In this document: piece after piece, positions 13,235 through 25,914 of the stretch | Layout of the letters: the number at the start of each line of letters is the position of its first letter | How positions within the stretch are numbered: the stretch's first letter is position 1 | Source of the DNA: Narcine bancroftii | Lineage: Eukaryota | NCBI RefSeq assembly: GCF_036971445.1 | Contig: NC_091476.1 | Location: 101,246,001 to 101,310,000 of the forward strand | DNA: 64,000 bases | Direction of reading: 5' to 3' | Position numbers and translations under genes: made by a program | The notes under the pieces: generated by a model | Seen by the model: the letters and a program-made list of their open reading frames with translations, nothing else | Told to the model about the DNA's origin: nothing | The model's database searches: none

Positions 13235-16200
13235 GGCAGAGGTAAGGGAGGTTTTTTTTTGAGATATGTTTATCTAGACATAGACATTGGGAATGGCAAC
13301 CAAGGCAGGGAATGCTCCTCTTGCAAAATGTGGGTCGTCAGGGAAGCCAGCAGTATCCTTGATGATATCATCTGAAAAAAGTGTAGCTCCTGACAAGTCG
13401 AGTTAAGGAATTGGAGCTAGATTTGGATGAATTCTGGATCATTCAGGAGGCAGAGAGGATGATAGACAGGAGTTACAGGGACACTATCACACCCAGGAGG
13501 GAGGAGGACAGTAGATGGGTAACAGTCAGGAGAGGGAAAGGGAACAAGGAGGCAGTGCAGGGCACTCCTTTGGCCGTCACCCTCAATAACAAATAGACCA
13601 TTTTGGATACTGTTGCTGGGGCAGGGGAACCCTACCAGGGACAAACCACAGTGATCAGGTCTCTGTCACGGAGTTTGGTCCTGCGGCTAAGAAAGGAAGG
13701 GAGAAGAAGAGGTGAGCTATAGTGATAGGGAATTCTATAATAAAGAGGAGGTTCTGTGGAAGATATCAAGTGACCCAGGTGATCTGTTGCTTCTCTGGTG
13801 CCAGGGTCCGAGATATCTCAGATTGAGTTCACGGCATTCTCAGGAGGGAGGATGAGCAGCCAGATGTCCTCGTCCATGTAAGGACCAATGATTTGGGTAG
13901 GAAGGGTGGCGAGGTCCTGCAAGGAGAGTTAGGCACTAGGATGAAGGACAGGACCTCCAGGGTACTGATTTCAGGATTGCTATCCATGCCACCCTGGTAG
14001 TGAAGTTAGAAATAGGAGGCTAATGCAGCTTAACATGTAGCTAAAGACATGGTGCAGGAGGGAGGGCTTCAGATTTCTAAATCATTGGGCTCTCTTTCAG
14101 GGAAGGTGGGACATTTTCCAATGGAACAGTTTGCGTCAGACCTGGAAGGGGACTAATATCCTTGTGGGAAGGTTTGCTGGTGCTGCTCTGGTGGGTTTAA
14201 ACCAGATTTGCAGGGGGAGGAAAAATATGAAGTGAAAATTGCATGTACCGTTAGAAGTCAATGGGTTGTACGTGTTGAAATGTTCTTAGGTTCCTCTATT
14301 TTAATGCAATGAGAATTGTAAAAATGGCAGATGATCTTAGGGCATGGATTAGCACATGGAATTATGCCACTGAGGCCATTAGTGAAACTTGGTTGTAGGA
14401 GGGGCAGCACTGGCAGCTTAATGTTGTGGTTTCCCTTGCTTTAGATGCATTAGAACAGGGAACATGAAAAGGGAAGGAGTGGCATTGGTCGTCAGGGAAA
14501 ATATCACAGCTGTGCTCAGGCAGGACAGACTAGAAGGCTCGTCTACTGAGGCTATATGGGTCAAGCTGAGGTATGGGAAAGGTATGACCGCACTCAATTG
14601 GCCACCCAATAATCAGCGAGAATTAAGGAAGTGAATCTGAAGAGGGATAGCAGAAAGCTGCAGGAAACATAAGGTTGTGATAGTAGGGTATTTTAATTTT
14701 CCACATATTGACTGGGACTCCCATAATGAAAAAGGGCTAGATGACTTGGAGTTTGTCAAATGCGTTCAGGAAAGTTTTCTAAATCAATATATAGAGGTAC
14801 CAACTAGAGAGGGAGTGCAAGACTGTATCACCTATTAGGGAATGAGGCAGGACAGGTGACAGAGTACATGTAGAAGAACATTTTGGGACAAGAGACCATA
14901 ATGCCATTAGTTTCAAGTTAATTATGGAGAAGAATAGAGCTGGGCATCGGGTTGAGATTCTAAATTGAAGAAAGACCGATTTTGAGGAAGTTAGAAAGAA
15001 TCTAGAATGTATGGATTGGGATTTGTTGTTTTTGAGCACAGATATGGGAGGAAAGTGGAGGATCTTCAAAGGTGAATATTTTGAGATACAGAGTTTGTAT
15101 GATCCTGTCAGGATCAAAGGCAAGAAAACCTTGGTTTTTAAAGGATATTGGGGATTTGGCTCAGAAGAAGAGAGAAGTGTGTAACAGGTATAGGCAACAT
15201 GGAACAAATTAGGTACATGAGGAGAATTTTAAAAATACAAGAAAGAATGAAATCTAGCAGACTAAAAGACATGAGGTTGCTTTGGCTGATAATGTGAAGG
15301 AAAATCCTAAGGGTTTCTAAAGGATAGTAAGGGACAAATTGGTCACCTTCAAGATCAGAGTGGTTGGCATTTTTTTGGAGCCAAAAGAGATGGGAGAGGA
15401 GCGAAACATTTTTTCTTTATCAGTATCTACTCAGGAAAAGGGCACAGAGTCGTGAGAAGTAAGGCAAACAACAATTGACGTCATGGAACCTATACAAATT
15501 AAAGAAGATGAGGTGCTTGCTGTCTCAAACCAAATAAATCCCCATGGCCTGACAAGATAATCCCTCAGACCTTGAGGAGGCTAGTGTAGAAATTTCAGGG
15601 GCTTTGGCAGAAATATTTAAAATGTCATTAGCCACAGGTGTGGTGCCAGAGGATTGGAGGGTAGTGCACATGGTTCCGTTGTTTAAAAATGGCTCCAAAA
15701 GTAACTCTTGAAATTATAGGCCAGTGAGCCTGACATTAGAAGTAGGTAAATTATTGGAAGGTGTTCTAAGATATTGGATATACAATTATTTGAATAGCCA
15801 GAAACTGATTAGGGATAGTCAACATGGCTTTGAGCATGCTAAGTCGCGTTTAACAAATCATAAAGTTTATCAAGGAGGTTACCAGGAAAGGTGACAAATA
15901 AAACGCTGTGGATGTTGTCTACATGGACTTTAGTAAGGCATTTGTCAAGGTGCCTCATTGGAGGTCAGTTAGGAAGGTTCAGATGCTGGGTATTCATGGA
16001 GAAGTAGTGAACTGGATTCGACAATACCCGGACGGGGGAAGCTAAAGAGTAATGGTGGATGATTACTTCTCAGACTGAGGCCTGTGACTAGTGGTGTGCC
16101 TCAGGGATCGATAATGGGACTATGGTTGTTTGTCATCTATATCAATGATCTGGATGATAATGTGCTAAATTGCAAGTTTGCTGATGAGACTAAGATTAGA

Positions 16201-17010
16201 GGTGTTGTGGACAACGAAGAAGGTTTTCAAAGCTTGCAGAGGGATCTGGACGAGCTGGAAAAAATGGGATGAAGAATGGCAAATGGGATTTAATTTGGAA
16301 AGACATACACAGTGAGTGGTAGGCCACTAAGGAGTGCAGTAGACATAGGGATATGGGAAAACAGATACATAATTCCCTGAAAGTAGCATCACAGGTCGAT
16401 AGGGTTGTAAGGAAAGCTTTTGGCATGTTGGCCTTCATAAAACAAAGTATTGAGTACAGCAGTTGGGATGTTACGTTTAAGGTGTATAAAACATTGGTGA
16501 ATTTGAAGAATTCTGTGCAGTTTTGCTCATCTAACTGGAGGAAAGATGGCAATAAGATTGAAAGATTATAGAGAAGATTTACTAGGATGTTGCCCAGACT
16601 GCAGGAAATGAGTTGCAGGGAAAGGTAAAAGAGGTTAGGATTTTTTTTTCCCTGGAGCAGAGAAGAATGAGGTATATGCAGAGTAAATGTCGGTAGGGTT
16701 TTTCCACTGAGGGTTGGTGAGATACAAACTGGAGAACATGGGTTGATGGTGAAAAGGTAAAAATTCAGGGGGACATGAGGGAAACATCTTCACATGGAGA
16801 ATGGTGGGAGTGTAGAACCAGCTGCCAGTTGAAGTGGGGAATGTGGGTTCAATTTTAACATTTAAGGACAGTTACATGGATGGGAGGGGCATGGACTGAC
16901 TGCTATGCACTGGGTGCTGATCAATGGGACTAGGCAGTAGCACAGTTTGGCACAGACTAGAAGGGTTGAGGGACTGACCTGTTTCTGTGGTATAATGTTC
17001 TATTGATCTA
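13235..17010 (+). mobile_element. Second CR1 LINE, near full length (ORF1 with zinc finger and SGNH esterase, ORF2), heavily decayed
   Basis: CSSCKMW, ELDLDEFWIIQEAE, CCFSGARVRDIS and VHVRTND in ORF1; APE and RT remnants including SGVPQGS and KFADETK; 3' UTR ending TTCTATTGATCTA. Confidence 0.85.
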
Positions 17011-17569
17011 AAACTGAGAACTAATTGGGAATCCCCATTGAATGAACACTGGACGTACGTGGCCAAAAGCATTTCCAAGTGGGAGCCCACCGCCTTGTCA
17101 CGATAACCACTACCATGTGGCACTGTGCAGAGGCTGGGACAACAAGGTTCAATCCTATGCTGCTTGTGTGGGCTTCTCCCAGTGATGGTTTCCTGCAAGT
17201 GCTCTGGTTTACACCCACTTCGCAAATAGCTGAAAGTTTGTAGATTAATTAAGCATTATAAATTGCCCCTGGTGTGCAGTAGAATCGGAGGGGTGTTGTT
17301 GGGAATGTGGGGAGAATAATGAAGAATTAGTGTAGGGCCAGTGAAAGTGGTTTCTTGCTTGACAACATAGACTCAGGGGTCTGAAGGGTCTGTTTCCATC
17401 CCTTATGGCGCCATGACTATGACTCAATGAACGGTAAATGTGATTCCAAGAACCAATTGAAAAAATAATTTATCAAAGTTTCTGTTTGTCTTTGTGGTTA
17501 CTGCTACATATTAAGGGAATAACGTGTTAGCGTTATCACAGAGCATCCTTTGTGCAAGGTGTTATATTT

Positions 17570-18300
17570 TCTATTTCAAAGATACACTTTATTCATAAAA
17601 TATAGACAAAAATGCAATCAGTACATTTCAATCTATTTCTCATTGCACCATTAAATCAGTGGATTCGCTATCAATGTCTGCAAAAGAGGGGCCCCCAGAA
17701 TCACCTCTAGCACTCCCACAGCCCCAGCAGCTGCACAGAGTCCAGTCCAAACCACTGGCAACCCAGGCTCCAGATCTGAACCTCCGATGCATTTCCTCGC
17801 ATCCTGGTTCCAATACTTGGTAAACCTCCAGCCAATTTGAGCCAGTCTACAGCAGTCCGCAGCCTGGCGCGAGTCTCCTGACAGCAGTCACAGCAGCCCA
17901 CAGCTTCCTCGCCTTGAGTCGCTGGCAGCCCGCCACGTGTGCTGGTCCCTCAGCTGCAGAGTCCCCTCATTGGTCCGCCACCCTGGTCAACATCCCCACA
18001 GATTGTCTCCTCTCAGATGGTGCATGATCTTCCTGTCCTCTGGTACCCTACACCTCAGGAGTCTGCAGCCCCTCATGGCTGCTGCCGATTAATAGGCACC
18101 GGATTTCAAATAAACACCCTCCCCCCCCCACCCCCAATCAGCACCTCAATGGGCCGTTCAAAGCCCATTTAGATTTGACGGTAGTTGAATGGGTGGCTGG
18201 ACCCCGCAGAAGGGCTGCAACTCCGGTCTCTCACTCCCTGCAGGTTTGCACTAGTGGCAGCGTTGCCGCTATGGTGGCTCCGTTAACACCACTATCTTGA
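17570..18300 (-). mobile_element. GC-rich non-coding interspersed repeat (non-autonomous retroelement-like)
   Basis: Head (CGCTGCCACTAGTGCAAACC on the minus strand) matches CGCTGCCACTGGTGCGGACC at about 27725 on the plus strand; AT-rich AATAAA tail. Family not identified. Confidence 0.5.
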
Positions 18301-18544
18301 GGCCTGTACATCAGTGAGTTCTCTATTATGCAGCTACACATGACAAACCTTGACAAGGGCTGCTTGCAGAAGGGAGAAAAATCTCATCGAACAGCAGCTT
18401 CCAATACAACAAGACTTGCCACATGGTGTATACAGATATTGTCAGCACAAATACACTAAAGTAGTTAAGGTAATACTTGATTATAAAACAGCTCGTCAGG
18501 TTTCAGATATTTCACAGCTAAGGACAAATCAGAGCATGGAAGTA

Positions 18545-19174
18545 CAGGTACTCCCCGACTTGTGACTTATGCGACTTACGTCCATCCACACATATGACTG
18601 AATTTTTTTTTAATTTAAGAAAAAATATAAAATTTACGCAGTTTATGTTGTATTTGACAAATTATAACAGGAATACAGGCCACGTAAGATCCAAAATGTG
18701 CATACTTACTTTGTTAGTTGGTGTACTGGGCACAGCTATCTTGATTCCTGTGCACATGCGCAAATCTTCGGATGGCGCTTGTGCAGAGGGTTTCCATTTT
18801 GGAGTTCGGTTGGTGCATACGCGAGAGTCAAGCACCCTGACAATATTGACTTCATGCCCTTAACACTCGCACATGTGCCAACTGAATGCCATACATCAAC
18901 CCACTGTGCTTATACCAAGTGAAGACTTGTGTTTGCGCACAGGAATTAAGATGGCCGTACTCAGCCTACGGACGTTGGGATGCCAACTAACCAAAACAAG
19001 TATGCACATTTTGGCTCTTAAATGCCCTGTATCCCTGTTTTAGTTTGTCAAATACAACATTTGATTAAAAAATATGCTTTAAGACTTTGCGCACATGGCA
19101 AAATTCCAACACATCCATTTTGAGATACAACCGATCCTTCGTCCTGATTATGGTCGTAAGTCGGGGAATACCTG
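18545..19174. mobile_element. Tigger-like MITE with long internal inverted arms
   Basis: TA|CAGGTACTCCCCGACTT ... AAGTCGGGGAATACCTG|TA. Sub-terminal arms at about 18647-18721 and 18983-19059 are reverse complements. Confidence 0.85.
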
Positions 19175-19404
19175 TATGCTAAACTTGATTACCTAAGCCA
19201 TGAGGTAGGGTCAGAAAAAAAGAGTGAGCAGGAAGGTACATTCTGCATATTCACAAAAAAAATGTGTACACAGTGCAAGTGGTTATGCGCCTCTTCAAAT
19301 AATCAGATTAATAAGTCCATAGAAGTTCAATTTAAAATATTTGCTGCAATGTAAAATCATGTTTGGAAAATTGCACAGAGGGACAGAAAGGGAAAATAAA
19401 AGGA

Positions 19405-20370
19405 TTTATTTTTGAAAATTTTATTTTTCATTTACATCAATACATACATATAATTCTTCACCATATAACAGTACAATGTAATAAAAATTATATTTTTTTC
19501 TTTTTATCCCCCTCCCTCCCCAAAAGAAAAAGCAAGAGATAAGAAAAAAAACCTTTAATTTATTTATCATTCACTATTCATATATTCCTAACATATTATT
19601 CTATCCTGTACATATTAATTAGGAGGAGCGGGTGTTATGGATGATGTGGATGGACTCTTACTGATGAAATCCATATATGGTTTCCAAATCATATAAATAT
19701 TCTCAGGTTGATTCCTTAAATTATAAGTAATCTTTTCCAATGGTATACAATTTTTAATTTCTGTATGCCATATATCCAACCTTATACAATTATCTGACTT
19801 CCACGTTATTGCCATACATTTCTGTGGAACCACTATTGCCACACTCAAAAATTTTTGTTGATATTTGTCTAACTTCAATTTAGAATCAGTGTCGTATAAA
19901 TCATCAAGCAAAAATATTCTGGGATATTTTGGTATCTTGTATCTTCATAATTTGTCCCAATAATATATTCAAGTCTTCCCAAAATTTTCCAACTTTTTCA
20001 CCAAACCAAACTGCATGTCATAAAGTTCCTGTTTCTTTGTTACATCTAAAAACACTTGTCAGAACAATTTGAATTAAGTCAATGTAATTTATATGGAGTG
20101 TAGTATAATTGGTGCAAAAAAAAATTACATTGTATCATTTGATATCTAACATTAATTGTATTAGTTACACTCTCCTAGCACAATCTTGGCCAGGCCTCAT
20201 CATGAATTTGTATATTTAAATTTTTTTCCCATTTTTTTTAACCTTATATTGTTCCTTTTTCTGCATTGGGCCTTGTAATTGTATATACATATTAGTAATA
20301 AATTTCTCAATAAATGTATAAATTATTAAATATTCAAATGGGCTCAGTTCTGGAAGTTTAAAAAATTTTG
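19405..20370 (-). mobile_element. Old L1-clade LINE 3' fragment
   Basis: C-terminal ORF2 motifs (CF.RCNKETGTL.HAVWF zinc knuckle, IPLEKITYNLR, IWKPYM) and an A-rich tail with AATAAA. Confidence 0.75.
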
Positions 20371-20829
20371 GATTTAATGATCTTCAAGCAATGTTAATTA
20401 AAGTCTGAAGAACTGAGAATTTATGTCTTTCCTTCAAAGTTAAGTTTGAGAGCCAGAGAGACAGAATAATGGTAATTATGATCTTAGGTCATTAAAATTA
20501 ACAATCAACAAACTTCTTGGTGTACATAGTGAGTACACAATAGGAAGTTCTCTAACCTCATTCCCTTTGTATGTCTGATACATATCCCTTTGTATGTCTG
20601 ATACCGTCTCTCCCTGCAAAGCAAAGTTTCCGGAGGACCAGCTCAGAGTAAGCTTCAGCTTTCTGGGATTTAGTTTTATGTGTGTACTTTAATGTTGACC
20701 TATTTATTTCCCCCTCCTTTTTAAGCAAAGTTGAGGATTGCTGTTCCAATTCTGAGGCATGCTGAGGAAGCTACTGATGCCAGCGTGGGACCTGCACACT
20801 TAGCCACAGCCAGATAAGGAGGTGTTGAT

Positions 20830-21500
20830 GGTGGATAACCTGAGAAACAATGTTCTGTTACTTCTGTTTGGCTTCCATGTGCTTCAAGGACTCAAGGTTC
20901 TCAATGTTATCTGGATGATCCTGGGCCAGAGATTCCAAGGACTCAGCGGGGAAGTTGCACTTCATTAAGGAGATTTTGAGAACACCTTTGACCTATTTTG
21001 TCTGTCAGTCTGGAAATCTGTCTGCATGATGCTCACAATAGAACACAGTTTTGGCGATCTGGTGCTGGACATGTAAAGGAGGTAGTCTGACAATGAAAGC
21101 TGCTTGACAATCAAATCTTGACCAGGGAACTCATGGCCAAGAGAGAGGCAAGGCAGTGTGGGATTGTTCCTCACAGTTTATAACGTCGATGGTGGTCAAA
21201 TGTCGAAGATCCTGAGAGGGTTTGTCAGGGAAGACATGGAACATGGAAGAGTAAAAGACAGGGACAGCCCCTTCTCTCTTCAATGTGTCAGTCAGTGCAC
21301 GGAGGGCCCAACGAGAGAGGGACAATCTTGTAACTCCAGATGTTACACTGATGTTGATTTGCTTCAGGAGGGAGCAGCTACAGTGGCCCATCAGACCACA
21401 ACTGCATCAGAGCATTTGGAGAGCAGCCATTCGATAGAGGAGTGGAATCTTGATTTTCCAACACTCTTGCTCAAATTGGAAACGACAGTGCCAACACACT
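20830..21500 (-). mobile_element. Old RTE-type LINE fragment
   Basis: Decayed minus-strand RT-proximal sequence (CEEQSHTALPLSWP-type region corresponding to YRGITLLS); many disablements. Confidence 0.45.
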
Positions 21501-22291
21501 GAAAGTTTTATGAGTTTCGGCTTTGAGGAGGAAGTTCCTGAGATAATGGTTACTTGTTGAAATCTTTTATTGATTTATTCTACAGCAGGCATGAACATAG
21601 TCAGCTACAGCCCTATCATCAAAGTAGAATCCAAGTTGTTATAGCATATCCATTCTGGGATAAAATGATGAGTCTCATGTATTTGCAAACAGGATAAAAT
21701 TCTCATCAAACACTGCACATGTAATGGAGAGGACTGGTAAAAGCTTTCATTGTAATGAAGAATCTCAACCAAATGATAGTTAATGATTTCCAAATATAAA
21801 GCTAGGGTGAATTGTCTGATTCTCTCAGATATAATTCATGCTCAGTGCTCACACACTCAGGAGAATTGTGTCCTCAGTAAGATCATTTGCAATAGTTCAG
21901 AATAAAATTTCAATGTGTGCCTATCTACTCCAATAAAAAAAGCCATGAAAATCCATGAACACAAAGCAGATAGGAATCAAATATGATATCCCGATGCTAG
22001 TGTCACTGAAGCCTGGAGTAGTCCAGGAGGCACCCAATCAAGCCATTGATTCTGCATAAATTCTCTCTAAAAGCAATCCAGATGAAACAATTTCATCATG
22101 AGTCATACAGTGTGGAAACAGACCCTTCGGCTCACTGAGTCCACGCTAACCATCAACACCCGTTTATACAAGTTTCATTTTATTCTCCCCATACTCTCAT
22201 TGTCTCCATCAGGCTGGTGCACGCACTTGTACACTAGAGGCAGTTTACAGTAGGCGATTAGTCTAACAAGTAGCATGTCTGTGCAAGGAAA

Positions 22292-22456
22292 AAACCCAAC
22301 ACCCAACCCCAATCAACCAATTTTCCCTTGCAACCGCTGCAACCATGTCTGCCTGTCCCGCATTGGACTTGTCAGCCACAAACTATCCTGCAGCTGACGT
22401 GGACTTTTCCCCTCCATAAATCTTCGTCCGCGAAGCCAAGCCAAAGAAAAAGAAGG
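22292..22456 (+). mobile_element. 5'-truncated RTE 3' end inserted in a SINE, with 20-bp TSD
   Basis: TSD AGCATGTCTGTGCAAGGAAA at 22272-22291 and 22457-22476; insert matches the RTE 3' end. Confidence 0.92.
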
Positions 22457-23069
22457 AGCATGTCTGTGCAAGGAAATCAGAGCACTTGTGGGAAACCCAC
22501 ATGGACACATGTCAGAGCTTTGCAAACTCCATATTCACAACCACTGGATGTCAGGATTGAACCTCTGTAACTGACACCAAGAGCCAGTCACTACTCGCTA
22601 TGCCACGGTTCTGTTCATTCTGTCCCCATATCGGCAATTTTTTTAACATATATTTATACAATTCTCTTTTATAGATAACTATTCAATCTGCATACTCCAC
22701 TATATCGGGTTGCACTTTTCAAATTCTATTATCATATTTTTCTGATTCTTTTGCCAGTTGCCTTAAAGCTCTGTTCTATATCATTATTTTCTCAGCCTTC
22801 TTAAGCATTTACTATTACATCTTCTATTTGCTTTCTTTGTTTTACAGAGAACAAAACCATATTATTCAGCCAAGTGCACTGCAGGATAGAAATCCACAAA
22901 TTGAACCAATCTGGTAAATCTCTTCTTTCCAAAACCCTCATTTTCTGTCTAGTGATCTGAATTGGAATTGATATTCCAGATGGGCCCCAAACAACATTTA
23001 TGAAAACAACAGCAACTGTTTCAGTAAACAATTTACAAATGAGTTAGTCAATTTTATTGGACATTGGCT

Positions 23070-23440
23070 TTGCAGGAGAAGTCATAGAGTGGTAGTATAT
23101 GTTTGGTTGCCTTGAGGTATGTGACTCATGGTGCCCCTCAGGGATCGGTGCTGGGTCCATTGTTGTTTGTCATCTACATCAATGATCTGGATGGTTATGT
23201 GGTAAATTGGATCAGCAAATTTTCAGATGATACTAAGATTGGGAGAATAGTGGACAGTGAGAAAGGCTTTCAAAGCTTGTAGTGGATCCACACGAGCTGG
23301 AAAAATGTGCAAATAGAATTTAATGTGGACAACTGAAGCATTGAACTTTGGGATGGAAAACCAGGTTAGGACTTGCATGGTAAATGGTAGGGGATTGCAA
23401 CATGTGGTAGAATATAGAGATTTGGAAATACAGATACATA
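23070..23440 (+). mobile_element. CR1 RT fragment
   Basis: GGTGCCCCTCAGGGATCGGTGCTGGG (GVPQGSVLG-type) and GATGATACTAAG (DDTK) motifs. Confidence 0.75.
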
Positions 23441-23649
23441 ACTGGTGCTGTCTGTAAGGATTTTGTATTTTCTCCAAGCGACCTGTGGGGGTTTTTCATG
23501 GATGATCTGGTTTCCTCCTGCCCTCCAAAAATGCACAGGGTTGGTAGGTTAATTGGGTGTAATAGGGTGGCACAGGTTTCCATTTTACCAATAACACTGT
23601 CACTTTGACCTTCTTATTTCCATTTTCAATTTTTCTTCTTACATTCAGT

Positions 23650-25914
23650 CTGATTTTATTGTATTTTATCGTGTAGCATCTCCTATATTCTGTCATCATC
23701 CAGCGAGATCTGGCAGGGGTTGCCCTCTATTACCCATATGATGGGAAGTACCCAGAAACTATCCAAAATATATCTTTTTAGGCTACTTACCTTTCACAAG
23801 TTCACCTATGGCTGTACTTGATGAGGTATTTGAGGAGATTTGGTATGTCACCGAAGACTCTTAAAAATTTCTACAGGTGTACTGAGGAGAATGGTTGCAT
23901 CACTGTCTGGTATGGAGGTGCCAAAGCTCAGGACAAGAAAAAAACCGGAGGGTTGGTTGTTAACTTGGCCCATGACATCATGGGCACCACTCCATCAAGG
24001 ACATCTACAAGAGGTGGTGTCTTAAGAAAGCAGCCTCTATCCTCAAGGACCCCCACCACCCAGGCCTGCCCTCTTCACACTACTACCATCGGGGAAAAGG
24101 TACAGGAGCCTGAAGATCAGCACTCAGTAGCACAAGGACAGCTTCTTCCCCTCTTTCATCAGATTCCTGATGACTCAATGAACCAAAGATTCTGCCTTAT
24201 TTTGACTTTTCGGGCACTATTTTTATTTATTTTTAGAAGGTGATTTATATGAACGTTTGCACTCTGATGCCTGCAGTAAAAAAATGACAATAAATTCTGA
24301 TTCTGACATATGCTCAACAAGCTCTATGTAGCACATCCTGCCAGAATATCGTACATCTCTCTCCTGTCTTAAAAAGTTACCACAAAACAATGATTTTGCT
24401 TTTTATTTGGTGATAAGAATTTTTTTTTTAAAAATCCTGTGTCTCTTGCAGATTAGATGGCTATAAGGAAAAAGTTACCTTTAATTATTGACTTTCACTG
24501 TACTTCCCATAATTAAACATCACACAAAATTAATAACTTAAATTGTTTTATATAGTTGGCTTTCCATGAAAATCAGTTTGAAAGGAATGTAGGAGAATTG
24601 ATATAACCTCATTTCTTCTTTCAACCCAATTATTGTTTCTTGTTTCTGATAGACAGTGCTATTCCATTGGAAACTGAGCAGGAAACAATTTTCTTTTGCA
24701 GAAAATTATGGTTTTTGCAGAACCATAATATTAAATCATTCAATTACATCTTGCCTCCAAGAGAGATTCAAGGAGATTTAAGAATTTAAGACATCTTTTA
24801 TTTCTCTTTCAAAACAGAACAGACAAGCAATTTGCAAACAAAATCGAGACCAGTATAAAATGAGCGGCCAGATTCCCCAATATCCATTCTGTGCTGTCTT
24901 CAGAAGAACATAAAATATTTTCTGGCTGTTTTATGGAAAAACTATCTGTCCAAAAAGTCATTGGTCAGCAAACGTCACAGAAAAACAGATGATCTGTTGG
25001 CTCAGTTCATATACTGTTTGTGGAATCTGATTATGTACTGACTGACTGCCGCATTTATCTAAAAGATCAGCAAGATGCTTGCTCTGAAACATCATTCATC
25101 AGCAAGAAGTGTTTTAGATTGCTGAGTGAGCAATACAAGATAAAGCTTTATTTCTCCTGAGGTTCCCAAAGCCAATAAAATGATATCTAACAAAACATAG
25201 GGAAAATGAAAATCCTAAGTGTATCAAAAAGGCAGAATAAAATTTAGAACACACCAAAAAGCAAAGGTAAAGCTAGATCAGAGAATAAGGTAACCATTTT
25301 ACTGCAGCAAACAGTGCAAACAGTCATACAAATCACCTTATAAAAGTAAATAAGTAAAAATAGTGCCCAATAAGTCGAAGTGAGGCAGTGTCTTTGGTTC
25401 ATTGAGTCATCAGGAATTCTGATGAAAGAAGGGAAGAAGCTGTCCTTGTGCTACTGAGTGCTGACCTTCAGGCTCCTGTACCTTTTTCCCGATGGTAGCA
25501 GAGTGAAGAGGGCATGGCCTGGGTGGTGGAGAGGATAGAGGCTGCTTTCTTTAGACACTGTCCTTGATGGAGTGGTGCCCATGATGTCATGGGCCAAGTT
25601 AACAACCCTCTTGTTTTCTTGTCCTGAGCGTTGACACCTCCATACCAGATAGTGATGCAACCAGCCAGAAAACTCTCCTCAGTACACCTGTAGAAATTTT
25701 TGAGAGTCTTTGGTGGCATACCAAATCTCCTCAAACACCTCATAAAGTATAGCCAATAGCAAAGCTGAGGAAGGTAAGCAGCCTGAAAATATATGTTTTG
25801 GATAGTTTCTGGATATTTCCCATCACATGGGTAATAGAGGGCAACTACTGCCAGATTTCACTGGATGATGACAGAATATAGGAGATGCTACATGATAAAA
25901 TACAATAAAATCAG
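23650..25914. repeat. Local inverted duplication, arms about 23650-24281 and 25297-25914, spacer about 1 kb
   Basis: Each arm is about 140 bp of unassigned sequence plus a Rex-type 3' fragment, and the arms are reverse complements (e.g. CTGATTTTATTGTATTTTATC / GATAAAATACAATAAAATCAG). Confidence 0.85.

Noticed and set aside
20562-20604. Short direct duplication TCCCTTTGTATGTCTGATAC x2
   Set aside because: Ordinary slippage or repair duplication with no other supporting structure.
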